Positions 13,191-24,367 of a stretch of DNA of 64,000 bases are shown here, piece by piece (the first letter of the stretch is position 1; each line of letters opens with the position of its first letter). This DNA comes from Lepidodermella squamata (taxonomy: Eukaryota > Animalia > Gastrotricha). Below the pieces are notes generated by a model that saw only the letters and a list, made by a program, of their open reading frames with translations, ran no database searches and had not been told where the DNA came from. The stretch is taken from assembly GCA_047495785.1 (NCBI GenBank), contig JBLDXI010000046.1, positions 868,001-932,000 on the forward strand, given 5' to 3'. A program made the translations under genes and the position numbers.

Positions 13191-13819
13191 CAGGGTGTTC
13201 GCGTAGTAATACTCTGGCTATTTTTAGTAAAGAACAAAGTCCAAGATAAAAATAGGCTAACTAACGACGCAGCGTGGCGCGATTTTTTTGTTTGTTTGCT
13301 ACGGCCTCAAAATCGGTTATTCAGTCGATTTTTATTTTCCTTTAAAGATGCCCCGCTATCGACGGTATACAGCTGTTCAACGTGCTGAAATCGTGGAATT
13401 GTATTTCACCAATTACAAAAATGCCCATGAAGTTGAAAGAATTTATAAAACGAAGTATCCGGGCTCGACCATTTCACATCATACAGTTCTCGATCAGGTT
13501 AGCAAATTCCGCTGCTTCTACGGGATCGTCAATAAGACCGGGTCCCGGGGGAACCATAAGGACAGGCTCAGGTTCAGCAGGTTGAGCTTTTTTAGGACCC
13601 ATGATTCCAGATCTTCATCTTGCAAAAAATTTCGAGAAACTGAATTAAATTTTCAGCAGTTTTGAGGGCTTAAATACATCCATCAGATCGGCAGATCGCA
13701 CGGATCGGTTGAGTCTTGCCAACGTTTTTTTTCATTGATTTTTCCCTGTCACGTCGATGACTTGACCTCATTAGTGATAACTTCTATTTTGGTCGGAGTA
13801 TTACTACGCGAAGACCCTG
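13191..13819 (+). mobile_element. Second copy of the deleted Tc1/mariner element (duplicated with the segment)
   Basis: Matches 8537-9165 at +4654. Confidence 0.85.
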
Positions 13820-15449
13820 TAGGTAAAACTGACCAAGAAATGAAGGATCACAGCAGTTTGTAGCACATGCCACAGAAAGGAGACAAAAGAAAGGCTGGGA
13901 AAAGTTTGCTTCGAATGAAAAATATGAAAAATATGGAATATCCTGCAATATTTTCGTGCAAGAAAGAGTAGGGGGAATTTAGATTTCTCACCCGATAGAC
14001 GGCGTTTTTCAACAACTCGAACGCGGAACATGCTGTACCACGGCCGTGACCAGTTGATCACGAACTTCGGCGTGGTTTGCTCGCATTTTGTTTTTGCTTC
14101 CTCTTCACCTCAACTTTTTCACCTCAACCTTTGGCTAATTCGGCTGCAATTTCTTCTCGATGTATGACCGCGCAGGCTTCGTGATGGTCCCCTAAATAAG
14201 TACCATTTTAACATTTACATTTAATATTCGATTTCTTTTATTATTGATTTTCCTAATAATTTATAATTTTTATAATTTTCCAATAATTCTTAAAAAAAAT
14301 CAAAATATTCATAAAAATTACACTGGCCCAGGCCAGGCCAGAAGCAGGGGTTGGAGTGTTTCGGGGTATCGGGATCAACATGTATATTTAGAGGTGAAGA
14401 GTTGATAGGGAATTGGTGAGTTAGCTGGTGGTAGGCAGTTAACGGCGGGATTTCAAGGGGCAGATTAGTCGACCGGCTGCGGCTGATAAGTGCGGTTTTG
14501 AAGTTTCGAAGTCCTTAATATATGTTCGTAGAGATCAGCATAGAGAACGAAGTGATCAGAGGTGACACTTGTGGATTCGCAATGGAAACGAATCAGTGCG
14601 CGAAGTAGCGGGGAGACTGGGAGTACGGTACTCCCAGTTCGAGAAGTCTCGGCAGGAAAACCCGAAAAAAAACCACAGGGGGGACCCTTTGGTCTGAAAT
14701 TGCGGGCCAAAAAATGCCTGAAAGTACCCCCAACTTCGCGCACTGAAACGAATTAATTTCAGTGATTTTCCATTGAGAAGGATGTTTTAGTAATTTTTGT
14801 AACTTCTTAAAACGCTCCAATTTATACGTTTTTACGTTATCCTTAGGGAAGATTGGCATGACCCTGGACTATTGGAAGTACAAGAAATATTATCACATGA
14901 CCTCTCTGTAATTTCTGATTTTTTTACAGTAGAGAACATCGGCATAAAAAGTTATAGCCTCTGGAAAAACCCCATATTTTCTTGCCCATTGATCAGTAAG
15001 ATTAGAGAGCATAGTTTACTGAGCAATTGTAAAATTTCACCTTCTCTAAAACGGGAATTTTTTTCATATTTCTTCAGCTAAAATCCAATACAAGCAAAAT
15101 AAAAGAAATCAGGCCTTGGTGGGCATTTGATTTGAAGCTATCAAGAGAGATCCATTTGCTAAATACTTGGCATTCTGAGAAAAGCTGCCTCACTGAAATC
15201 GAAATGAAACGGAAGAATTGACAATGAGGTCAAGCCCTGAATTTACCTTTAAGAGACCCCCGGCTTATTTACACATTCGTCGATTTGTATCATATCAATA
15301 GCATATCATATCAATATCAATAGCAATTTGATCTATCCAAATAATTATCTGATGATGATGATGTTTTATTCGTGTTGTTGTTGTTGTCGTCGGATTCGTA
15401 GTTGATCATTTTGTTAAGTTTAAACAACATAAATTAAAAAAGAAGAAAG

Positions 15450-16676
15450 AAGGAGCGATACTGATTACGATTTTGCCTCAATCATGCATCCGAGCCCTAC
15501 GTATCTAAGCAAAAACGAACAGCGCACCATAGAACCTCTAGATCCGCATTACTTGTCAACTATCACGCGAAACAAGACGCTGACCTGGGTCGACAAGTAC
15601 CGTGTGCTTTCCCTGTATTGTCCAAGTAAACTAATTCCTCAATTTTAATGACCATGGGTTTGAATTTTCGCAAACCTAAAATTGAGGATCTTTCTGATTT
15701 GATGCAATCGATATTGTTGTGTTCTTGAATTAGGTGCGTGTCAGTCAAGTACTGTGAGGTGTATCCACGGCGTATTTGATCCGAATAATTGCGATCGTTG
15801 CATCTGCGTACCGGGCACGTTTGGCGCGGCGTGCGACCAGCAAATATACACGACTGATCCAGCTTGTGGTCAAAATGTCATCTACGTGACCGGGTGCCAG
15901 AATGGCTCCTTTGAAATCCCTGGCAACGTCCCGGCAGGGACGACTTGCCACTATTGGGTTTATATGGTTTGTATTGATCATCATTTTTACCAGTATGATT
16001 ATTTAGGCAATTTTTTATTCCAGCAAGAAGATGGCGGATATGTTATGGCTTTCGATTCGCCTCCCATGAAAACCGACCAGGCCTGCGGTGATAGTTAGTT
16101 GAATACATTATTTCAGCCACATTTTTAAATCACACGATTTGCTTCAGATGAATCCTGTGACAATGGTGATTTCATCGATTTCATTAGTGGCGACTCATAT
16201 CTCTTTTATACATCTGGTCCAAGGTGAGTAGCATTAAATGATCTGATGTGTTTCTCCTCATATTTGACAATCGAAGGGCTTGCCGTTGCGGGATAACAGC
16301 TGGTCGCGTCTTCAAGAATGGTCACTATGCCGCTCTCGTGAGGCTGGTGAAAAATACTGCCGATACATGGCCGACCGTCAAAGTCTACGTCCGTGCCATG
16401 TGTAATGGCCAGCATGGAAACGAGCTTCCCAAGACCTGTTCCTTCACGCCGAGCAACTACGATTACGAAGGCAAAGAGCAGGCTGCTGAGACCGGGGCAA
16501 CTTGCGATCCATGGATTAATCAAGGGACATTCAACGCGATCAAATTTCCGGAAGCTTCACTTGAGGCTGCTTCCAATTATTGCCGCAATCCTGAAGCAGC
16601 TATGTCCTCTGCTTTCTGCCCGGTATCGGGAACGGCAGAGCCTTGCGGTCCTCTGCCTGTTTGCCTTAATTCGTGA
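15450..16676 (+). pseudogene. 5'-truncated astacin copy (Met-turn to kringle only)
   Basis: Begins at RSDTDYDFASIMHP; lacks promoter, signal peptide and zinc-binding exons. Confidence 0.8.
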
Positions 16677-17889
16677 ATTCATTCAAAAGCTTGTCTGATC
16701 CCGGTGAACTAATTCTGTCATTACGAATATTTATAATAACGTGAATATCTCAGTCGCAAAACAAAGTATTCCACAGCCAATTGTGATGATTAGTATAATT
16801 TTGGATCAAGTCACTTGACTTGAACTTCTATTTCGGTTTAACAATAATTCGGCTAAATGTTCGGAAATAAATCATCGGTTAATATTGAAGTCTAGTAGCT
16901 CTGTCGTATTGCGGATTACTGAGTGCTGATACTTTTTACAACTAACACTATTAAATAATCGACGGGGCGATGCGATCCATTGGCCGCTGAAAAGGATCTC
17001 AGAAGCATAGGCCTTAGCTATGTTGCAGCTATATATTGGCCTAATTAAATATGACTACAACATGGCGCAGTTGCTATTATCAGGCCTGTTCATCATGAGG
17101 ACGGGGTTCAAGTCCCATCAATTTTTTCAATTTTCTTGTTTTATTAAAGAATCCGTTCAAGTTTATTCTTCTGCCAGCCCGAGGGCACCAAGCATATTTA
17201 CAATTGTAGTTTCTTTCTTTATATTTTTTGTGGAACGGGGAAGAACAAAAGGTATTCTAGATTAACATATGGTATAAGTAGCTTCAGATATATATTTACA
17301 ATTTATAGATAAGTGGAAGTTCACAGAAAAAGACAGATAATTCTACTTCGAAGAAATCGACTCTTAGTTTCACCATAAAAGAGGTTCGCAGTGGTTTACG
17401 AGTGCTTCATAACGTACTGGCTGTTTTCCCAAAAATTTCACACAAAATAAAAACAGCGCGCACTCGAGTTAAAGTCAAAATGATGATGTAACAACCGAAG
17501 TAATTAACATCGATAATTACGAAGTAGCTCGTGTAAATGCGACGTATGAACATTAAAAAACGCAATTATCGAGTAATTCTGAAAGTTTGTTCAGTTTGTC
17601 TTGGGTACTCCTTAACTGTGTACATAGCGACTCAGCAAATTTGCCGGTACTCAAGTTTTCTCTAGGATCATCCTCAATTACTTTCGGGGTTATGGCCGCC
17701 ATGCGCTGTAGTTCGTCGTTCGAGATTACGCCGCTTCCCTGTATTGTCCAAGTAAGCCACTCAACAAATGAGAACATTTATGAATTTGAATTTTCGCAAA
17801 ACTAAACTTGAGGATACGGCACTAAATTAAGAGTTCTGGCGCTAATTGAGACTGTCCTATGACCCCATTATTTGATTTTGTTTGATTTA
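15450..17889. repeat. Inverted duplication of 3603-6202 with a 160-bp internal deletion
   Basis: 15450-17736 is the reverse complement of 6202-3916, and 17737-17889 of 3755-3603. At least two substitutions were seen (near 17391 and 17584). Confidence 0.95.
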
Positions 17890-17920
17890 CGAGTGCTTCA
17901 TAACGAGATATAGTTGAGAT

Positions 17921-18900
17921 TCACTTAGGATATACATAGTTTTTGTAATCATTTCGCCATTTAAGTGCTAGTTTCAATATGGAGGATAGGTTCAAGTCGT
18001 TTTGGCTATTGCAATCGCGAAATACAGTTATTAGAGGAATTAGAAGATTAATTTTATCTCTAAAGTTAGAAGTACAATAATTAGTTTCAGGACAGTGAAG
18101 GATAAGATGGAGCAGAAGACTGAGAGGTTCAAGGGATTGCACGTTACAATAGATGCATTTTAGTTCGCCCATGACGTATTGATAAGGTTTAAATAGGGAA
18201 TTTGTTCGAATTTTGGCTAGGGTTTGGGAGTCTTTAATGTCAAAAATCTCAAAATATTCGGACCACCGAGAAAAAAGCTCATCGCAGTATAGGTTCTGGT
18301 TGCAATAAAAAGCGGTTAGGTTTCCCAAGATTTTGTTTTTGTCTTTTGAGATAAGAAAATTCTTGTATTCATCAATGATTTGTGCGACCTCGTTTTCAGA
18401 GGCTTCAAACATGCGTTCAAAATTGTCCTTGGCGATTTCAACTTAGAGATTTTTATACACGTGACGGCAAAGTCTGTCATTATTCTCGAGTACTTTGAAG
18501 CTATCTTGCAATAAAGCGTTATTAGTTCGAAATTTAATAGAAAAATAATATTTAAGGGCTGTTATCAATAGAGTTATAAGTGGTGGCTCTATATAGTATT
18601 CTCGGCGATTGTCCCGGTGGAGTACTGGGTTTTATCGATATTGGAGCTGAGTGCTGCTCAATTTTCACGAAACTTTGGCGATTGCTACTCGATTTTGTCG
18701 AAATTGGAGCTGAATGCTGTTCGGTATTCACGACATTGTGGTCGATTGCTGCTCGATTTGTCAACATTTAAGCTGAATGCTGCTCGGTTCTCGGGCTGAA
18801 CCAACTTTGTGAAGGGCTCAATTGATTTTGAATAATAAAGCTATCTTGGTTTCCTCGGGTTTCGTGGGTTCATGAGTTTCATGGGTCTGAACTCTGAACA
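17921..18900 (-). pseudogene. Unknown gene fragment with a C2H2-like zinc finger and ~63-bp internal repeats
   Basis: CIYC-x12-HLILH motif in the 163-aa ORF; an in-frame TAA lies just upstream of that ORF; EQHSAPIS repeats in the upstream segment. Confidence 0.4.
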
Positions 18901-18951
18901 ATAGATAACTGTCCAATATGTGCTCCTCCTTAAAAAATGTCCAATATGTAA
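17962..18951. repeat. 990-bp direct repeat, left copy (flanks the LINE)
   Basis: Matches 24368-25357 at offset 6406; its inner boundary coincides with the LINE 5' end. Confidence 0.95.
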
Positions 18952-19056
18952 TCGCTTTTTTCGTTTGAAAAGCACACATCGCTTTTTTCGTTTGAAAAGC
19001 GCACATCGCTTTTTTCGTTTGAAAAGCACACATCGCTTTTTTCGTTTGAAAAGCAC
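18951..19056 (+). repeat. Four tandem 27-bp monomers ATCGCTTTTTTCGTTTGAAAAGCACAC at the LINE 5' end
   Basis: Read directly; the fourth unit is partial; each unit has a GCTTTT/AAAAGC inverted repeat. Confidence 0.95.
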
Positions 19057-19224
19057 GAGCTTTTTCTCCACTTTTTTCTCTCAATTTTCGTTTATTTCAG
19101 TAGCTCAGCTAGAAAATACATACTGGCACCGAGCCAGCATTACATTTCTCCTCTCCCTTAATCACCCTAACCTTTTCTAATTAAAACAGGCCAGGACTAA
19201 CCAGGCTTGCCCAGTAGCTCAATC

Positions 19225-20856
19225 ATGTCGGAAGAGGAAGCCCCCGACGGTGGCACAATCCTCTTTCAAGATGAGGACGAGATGATCGATTTTATCGACG
19301 CCATCCTGTCCGAAGGGTCACTGACTGCGATACCCGACGAATTTCGGAGCTTGACCGAGAACTTCGCGGCTGTCAACAATCCCAGTATCAAATTAGAAGA
19401 GAAATTGCAGGCCCATGCGCAATTTATTATCAATAAAACAACGGACAAAGCTTTGCTGACAAGCAAATGGCAAGCGCTAGCTGAACCCGAGCAGTACTTC
19501 TATCTAAGCTTGCTGAACGAAGCTTGCCGATCCAAGCTGAGCGCCGCAGTTGGAGTCAACGAGCTAGCTCGTCTCTGCGTGTTATACGTAATGCCTGAGC
19601 TAGCGAACAAAATTGACACTATCCTTCGCGACAGTACGCCATCGCCGGCAGGCCCGCGAAAAAAGCGCCTCCGAATCGAATTCTCTGCTAACACCGGTCA
19701 ATCCCAAGGCCGAGCAACTGGTCCCCAGCACCAACAAGCGTCTCATCAGACCCCTACCAAGTGGTTCAACCCGCTTCTGAGTCAGCAACAAAGTAAGGAT
19801 TTAACTGAACGTGAAATCAACATACAAAAAGCGCGCGAAGCTCGAGCTGTCCACTTGGACAACTTACCGCGAGAATTCTCGGCAGAAAAAGTCGAAAAAG
19901 AGTTTCTCAATTTGTTTCCGAACATCAAGTTAGAGATAGCCCAGGGTCTAGGTCGCGGCGGCGTGCGCATTGTTTGTCGAACAGAAAAGGATGCGGAATT
20001 CCTTCTCAAGAGCGAATCTTGGCCGGTAGGCGCAATGGGCGGTAACCTCAAGGTCCACCGATCTCGAAGGTACTACGAGCTCTTCAAAGAAAAAGCAGCA
20101 GAACAGGCTGAAGATAAATCACGACGCCAGTTATCCGCTCAAGAAATCGCAGAGCGAGAAGGTAGAGCTGGCCTCTGCACTAATTACCCGCGCTGGTTTC
20201 CGATCGCCGACCTGAAGCGTGATTGGAGCTCTACGCTTGAAGACGCCATCCCAACGAGGAAAGACCTCAAACACCCACATTGCAATGTCATTTTGATTTT
20301 TAAGGACGCAAATGTTGCGAAAGATTTCGCGGAAGGCAAAGTCGAGCTGCAATCGCGCTTTCTCAGAGGCCGTCTGATGAAACCTGACCCCCACATCCCG
20401 CGCTGCGGCAGGTGCCAGTCTTACGAACATCTCGACCGCGACTGCAAAGCTGTGTCGCTTGCCTGCGCTCACTGTGCCGAAGACCACGATTACGAACAAT
20501 GCCCATCAAAGGATAAAGAAGACACTCGATTTTGTGCGAACTGCCAGGAGGCCGGCCACTCGGCTGCCTACCGCGGCTGCTCGGCCTATATCAAGGCCAG
20601 AGACGCTGTTCGCGAGAAAATACGCGAAAACATTGCCCAGATAACACACAGGTTCCAACAACCGCAACCGTTCCTCCAGCAGACGAACCAATGGTCTCGA
20701 GGTAAGCCAACAATCAATCGCGACTTCAACCTGAACGACGTCATTGAGCAGGTATGTCCAATCGTTATTAATAAGGTGCAGGAAAACTTCAACCAAATTC
20801 TCCAAGCAAACAACAGACAATTAGTTGAACAACTCAAAGTATTATGGTCGTCGTAA
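19225..20856 (+). CDS. LINE ORF1 (gag-like: RRM-like region plus three CCHC zinc knuckles)
   Basis: CGRCQSYEHLDRDC, CAHCAEDHDYEQC, CANCQEAGHSAAYRGC; first ATG at 19225. Confidence 0.9.
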   Translation: MSEEEAPDGGTILFQDEDEMIDFIDAILSEGSLTAIPDEFRSLTENFAAVNNPSIKLEEKLQAHAQFIINKTTDKALLTSKWQALAEPEQYFYLSLLNEACRSKLSAAVGVNELARLCVLYVMPELANKIDTILRDSTPSPAGPRKKRLRIEFSANTGQSQGRATGPQHQQASHQTPTKWFNPLLSQQQSKDLTEREINIQKAREARAVHLDNLPREFSAEKVEKEFLNLFPNIKLEIAQGLGRGGVRIVCRTEKDAEFLLKSESWPVGAMGGNLKVHRSRRYYELFKEKAAEQAEDKSRRQLSAQEIAEREGRAGLCTNYPRWFPIADLKRDWSSTLEDAIPTRKDLKHPHCNVILIFKDANVAKDFAEGKVELQSRFLRGRLMKPDPHIPRCGRCQSYEHLDRDCKAVSLACAHCAEDHDYEQCPSKDKEDTRFCANCQEAGHSAAYRGCSAYIKARDAVREKIRENIAQITHRFQQPQPFLQQTNQWSRGKPTINRDFNLNDVIEQVCPIVINKVQENFNQILQANNRQLVEQLKVLWSS

Positions 20857-23744
20857 TTCAATGGAACTCGAGAGGGTTAAAAACTCGAAAACAAGAATTG
20901 ATAAAACTAGCTCTTGATCTAGGTGCTGATATAATTATTATAAACGAATCACATTTTTCCACTCAAACTGACTTCGAACTACCAGGCTATCAATTATTTA
21001 GGAAGGACCGTGGAAGACAGATATCGAATGTCCCTTCGACCTACGGCGGCGTTGCCATTTTTGTTAAAAATAATATATTTCTAGCCCAGGAATTTCATGA
21101 GTACAGTACACCCCACAGCGAATGGCTCGCGGTCACGCTGGTTAATAAATCAGGGCAGAAACTAATTGTAGGAACTGGTTACGTGTCCCCAGGCAAAAAA
21201 GATCTGGACGTCTCTTTTCTCGATAGCATTTTGTGCTCTGATGTACCGTGCATTTTCGCTGGGGATCTAAACGCCTGGCACGATGACTTGTTGACAGGCC
21301 CTCCCCCATCAAATAGATATGGAAGGATTTTAGCGGAATTCAACAGGGCCTCGGGGATTTCGCTGCTTAGCGATGGAACCCCCACACATTTTTCACCGAA
21401 GGGCGTGGGTCGCCAAATAGATATATGGCTCGCCAATGACGCCGCGCGGCACACTGTTCTTAACAGCCCATCCGTCGAGGACTTCTATGGTAGTGATCAC
21501 TTAGCAACTCGGCTAGACGTAAAATTCTCGTCAACTGCTGTCCCGCTGAAATCACAACAGGATTCCGTCAGAATTAATTTCAAGGCAATGAACTGGACTC
21601 GGCTAAGAAACGAGCTCGATCAAGCAATGGAGACCCAGGTCGAGCCGGTTAAACCAAGGGCCGGCGATCTGATTCAATCGATTGGGAGATATGTGGCGAC
21701 AATAGCCGAAACAGTCTCCCGAGTGACGGACGCAATTGCGCCGAAGTGCAAAGTTAGTAAGCTACCTACGTTCAATATGAACTCGGAAATTGGATCGCTC
21801 TTGGATCAACGTAATCAACTTCAGCGCTTATATGCGGCAACAATCTCGGCTGAAGTGAAAACCGAGGTGAATCGAATCAATCGGGAACTTAAGCAACTGA
21901 TCAGCAAGGAGCAAGCAAAAGACTGCGAGAAAAATCTTCGTTTGATGGCACAGCGATTCCGAGAAAGTCAGCAGCAAAGCCAGACGGCCTGGCGAATGCT
22001 AGCGGCAAGGTTCAATCGTTTAAAACGGTGCAAAAGGATAGCAGCGCTGATCGATCAGAAAACAGGCCTCGCGGTGACCGACGATAAATCGAAAGCGCAG
22101 TTGATTGCGGCCATATTTGCGAAGGTTGTTAGCGGAGCGCCGAACACATCAAAGCGGCCGGAGGATATTGCCTTTTGGGAGCAGGTGGAAAAGACAGCCG
22201 CAGATGACCCTCTCTCGAAACCGCTGGAAAAGATACCCGAAGTATTGCCGATAAAAATTCCGCGTATTACGATGAGAGCACTTCTCCGACGTCTCAAGAA
22301 CAAGGCGCCTGGACATGACAACATATTAAATGTAATCCTCAAAAACGGCGGTCCAGGACTGCGCCGTCACCTCAAATACGCCTTCGAACTTTGTTTAGCC
22401 ACTGGCTACATCCCGGCGGAGTGGAAAATGGCTGTCGTGGTCCCGATCCTAAAGGAGGGCAAAGATGGCCGGCTCCCAGAGTCCTACCGACCTGTCTCGC
22501 TTCTACCAGCGTTTGCCAAACTTCTCGAGTCCTTGGTCGCAATGATGCTCTATGACTTTCTTGAGAAAAACAAACTCTTACCAGACCATCAATTCGGGTT
22601 TAGGCGACGCAGGGGAGCAGTGGACCCGCTGTTTAGATTGATCAGCGATGCAGCCCTTGCAATGGCTCTCCACGGAAAACTAGTGGCGGTATTTCTGGAT
22701 TTCAAGGCTGCCTTTGACACCGTATGGCACGCCGGCCTTATACAGAAGCTCAAGGAGGCTGGAGCTCCTGATCCCCTTGTCCGCTGGGTGGCCAACTTTC
22801 TCAACGACAGATCCTTTCGAGTACGAGTCGGCAACGAGCTAAGTGAGCCACAACAGGTTAAGTGCGGAGTTCCCCAGGGCAGTCCACTCAGTCCGCTGCT
22901 GTTCATTTTCTACACAGCCGAAATGCAGCCGCTTACCGTTCAACCGGACGACGGCAGAAGGAGCGTTGGTGCTGGTACTTACGCTGATGATGCTGCGAAT
23001 TGGGCTTGGGGGCCACACTATGAGCAGAGCGTTGCGAGGCTACAAACGCGCCTCCGATCAACAGAGGCCTGGTGCACGAGATGGCGACTGGAGCTCAACC
23101 CATCAAAATGCGAATGCTTAATCATAGGCCATCATGGGGCTTCGTCGCCAACTGTCCTGCTAACGATCGGTGGCCAGCGCATCCCACAGGTTAGTGAGGT
23201 GAAATACCTCGGTGTGACGATTACGACGAAACTGTCCTGGGAACGTCACCTGGATCGACTATCGGCGAAAACGAAACCAAGAGCTGCTAGCTTGTACGGA
23301 ATTGCCAAAAGAAAGGTGTTACCCTCCGAGCTGTGTGTCAAGTTCAGCCGCGTTCTGATCGACAGCGTATTAAGCTACGGAGCACCAGCCTGGTTCTGCA
23401 TGTCGAAATCGACTGAACTTCGCCTGTTCAACTTCCAGGTATGCGGGCTAAGAGCCGCGCTCAATTTGCCACTCGAATGTGACCCGTTCGGGGTGGTGGT
23501 CGAAGCTGGTGTCAAAGCGATCAGCGATGTTTTCGAAAGCGCAATGTCCCGATACGCTGTCCGATGTGTTGAAGCTGACAACAGCATGCAACAATACCTT
23601 GAATACGTTGCGAGCCAGCAACCCGATGTTTTCGCGAAACGAATGCTAGAACAGCACTGTCCAGCCTGGCATCTACGACAATATGTTAAACCTGCGAAAT
23701 CAGACTGCCACAAAATAACCGCTTTCATCAAGCCTAAGAAATAA
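20844..23744 (+). CDS. LINE ORF2: APE endonuclease plus reverse transcriptase
   Basis: QWNSRGL, INESH, GGVAIFV, GDLNA, SDH (APE); KAPGHD, SYRPVSLL, QFGFR, DFKAAFD, PQGSPLSPLLF, YADD, KYLGV (RT); 966 aa uninterrupted. Confidence 0.97.
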   Translation: MVVVIQWNSRGLKTRKQELIKLALDLGADIIIINESHFSTQTDFELPGYQLFRKDRGRQISNVPSTYGGVAIFVKNNIFLAQEFHEYSTPHSEWLAVTLVNKSGQKLIVGTGYVSPGKKDLDVSFLDSILCSDVPCIFAGDLNAWHDDLLTGPPPSNRYGRILAEFNRASGISLLSDGTPTHFSPKGVGRQIDIWLANDAARHTVLNSPSVEDFYGSDHLATRLDVKFSSTAVPLKSQQDSVRINFKAMNWTRLRNELDQAMETQVEPVKPRAGDLIQSIGRYVATIAETVSRVTDAIAPKCKVSKLPTFNMNSEIGSLLDQRNQLQRLYAATISAEVKTEVNRINRELKQLISKEQAKDCEKNLRLMAQRFRESQQQSQTAWRMLAARFNRLKRCKRIAALIDQKTGLAVTDDKSKAQLIAAIFAKVVSGAPNTSKRPEDIAFWEQVEKTAADDPLSKPLEKIPEVLPIKIPRITMRALLRRLKNKAPGHDNILNVILKNGGPGLRRHLKYAFELCLATGYIPAEWKMAVVVPILKEGKDGRLPESYRPVSLLPAFAKLLESLVAMMLYDFLEKNKLLPDHQFGFRRRRGAVDPLFRLISDAALAMALHGKLVAVFLDFKAAFDTVWHAGLIQKLKEAGAPDPLVRWVANFLNDRSFRVRVGNELSEPQQVKCGVPQGSPLSPLLFIFYTAEMQPLTVQPDDGRRSVGAGTYADDAANWAWGPHYEQSVARLQTRLRSTEAWCTRWRLELNPSKCECLIIGHHGASSPTVLLTIGGQRIPQVSEVKYLGVTITTKLSWERHLDRLSAKTKPRAASLYGIAKRKVLPSELCVKFSRVLIDSVLSYGAPAWFCMSKSTELRLFNFQVCGLRAALNLPLECDPFGVVVEAGVKAISDVFESAMSRYAVRCVEADNSMQQYLEYVASQQPDVFAKRMLEQHCPAWHLRQYVKPAKSDCHKITAFIKPKK

Positions 23745-24367
23745 CTGCCTTGTTGCTCTTTTTGTGCCTATAGGACCTTGATGCGCTGCCTTGGACCCGA
23801 GCCCCGCCTTGAGATTGAAAGGGTAACTAAGCCTTCGATAAAATTAATGCCTCCTCTAGTCGTTTCAGACCCTGTGACTCCTGTGACGCCGAGCCTTGAG
23901 CCTTCAGATCTACATGAGCCTAGCCCTGAGCCTTCAGTCCTACATGAGTCATTTGCCTTCTGCCCGCATTCCGTAAGTACTGAGCTAAATTAGCTAATAT
24001 TTTGCTGCTCTTCCAGACATTGAGCCTTGAATCTCGGGCCCTGCTGAGCCTTGATCTGCCCTGAAACCCGGTGCACCCCGACGACGTCAACGATCGACTC
24101 GACGACCGACTCACCGAACTTACCGGCAATTTTCTACTTTTATATGATCCAGTAAAAAAAAAACAAAAATACATATATAAAAAGAAAAAAAAAAAAAACA
24201 TATAATACGAAAACAAAAATATTAAATGTAATGTGCTCATTTAATTAACCGGTTATGTTTAGAGCCCTCAGTAGCATGGAGGGCAACACTGTACTCGCTG
24301 TCTTTAATCCACTGTGCCTATAGCGCCGCCCGGCGGAGGGCCTATTATAAATAAAACTAACACATGC

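Larger units (their letters stand above)
4834..14136. repeat. Tandem segmental duplication, period 4654 bp (4834-9482 and 9488-14136)
   Basis: All ORFs recur identically at +4654. A 5-bp TTGGC insert at the junction (9483-9487) repeats the adjacent end sequence. Confidence 0.95.
18952..24367 (+). mobile_element. Full-length, intact non-LTR retrotransposon (Jockey/I group, no RNase H)
   Basis: 5' UTR, ORF1 and ORF2 overlapping by 13 nt, and an A-rich 3' UTR ending with AATAAA near 24349. Confidence 0.92.

Noticed and set aside
14450-15260. Defined transposon or structured RNA (short inverted repeats such as TCAGTGCGCGAAGT)
   Set aside because: It looks like TE debris, but no matching termini or TSD could be established.
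18951-19056. CRISPR-like array (27-bp palindromic repeats)
   Set aside because: The repeats are contiguous with no spacers, there are no cas genes, and the context is eukaryotic.
19266-23731. Antisense and overlapping short ORFs within the LINE (and similar ones within the ankyrin and SET genes)
   Set aside because: These are shadow ORFs of real coding sequence with no independent motifs.
24250-24345. Ribozyme in the LINE 3' UTR
   Set aside because: Short stems exist (GCCCTC/GAGGGC) but I could not identify a hammerhead or HDV core; an Infernal search would be needed.
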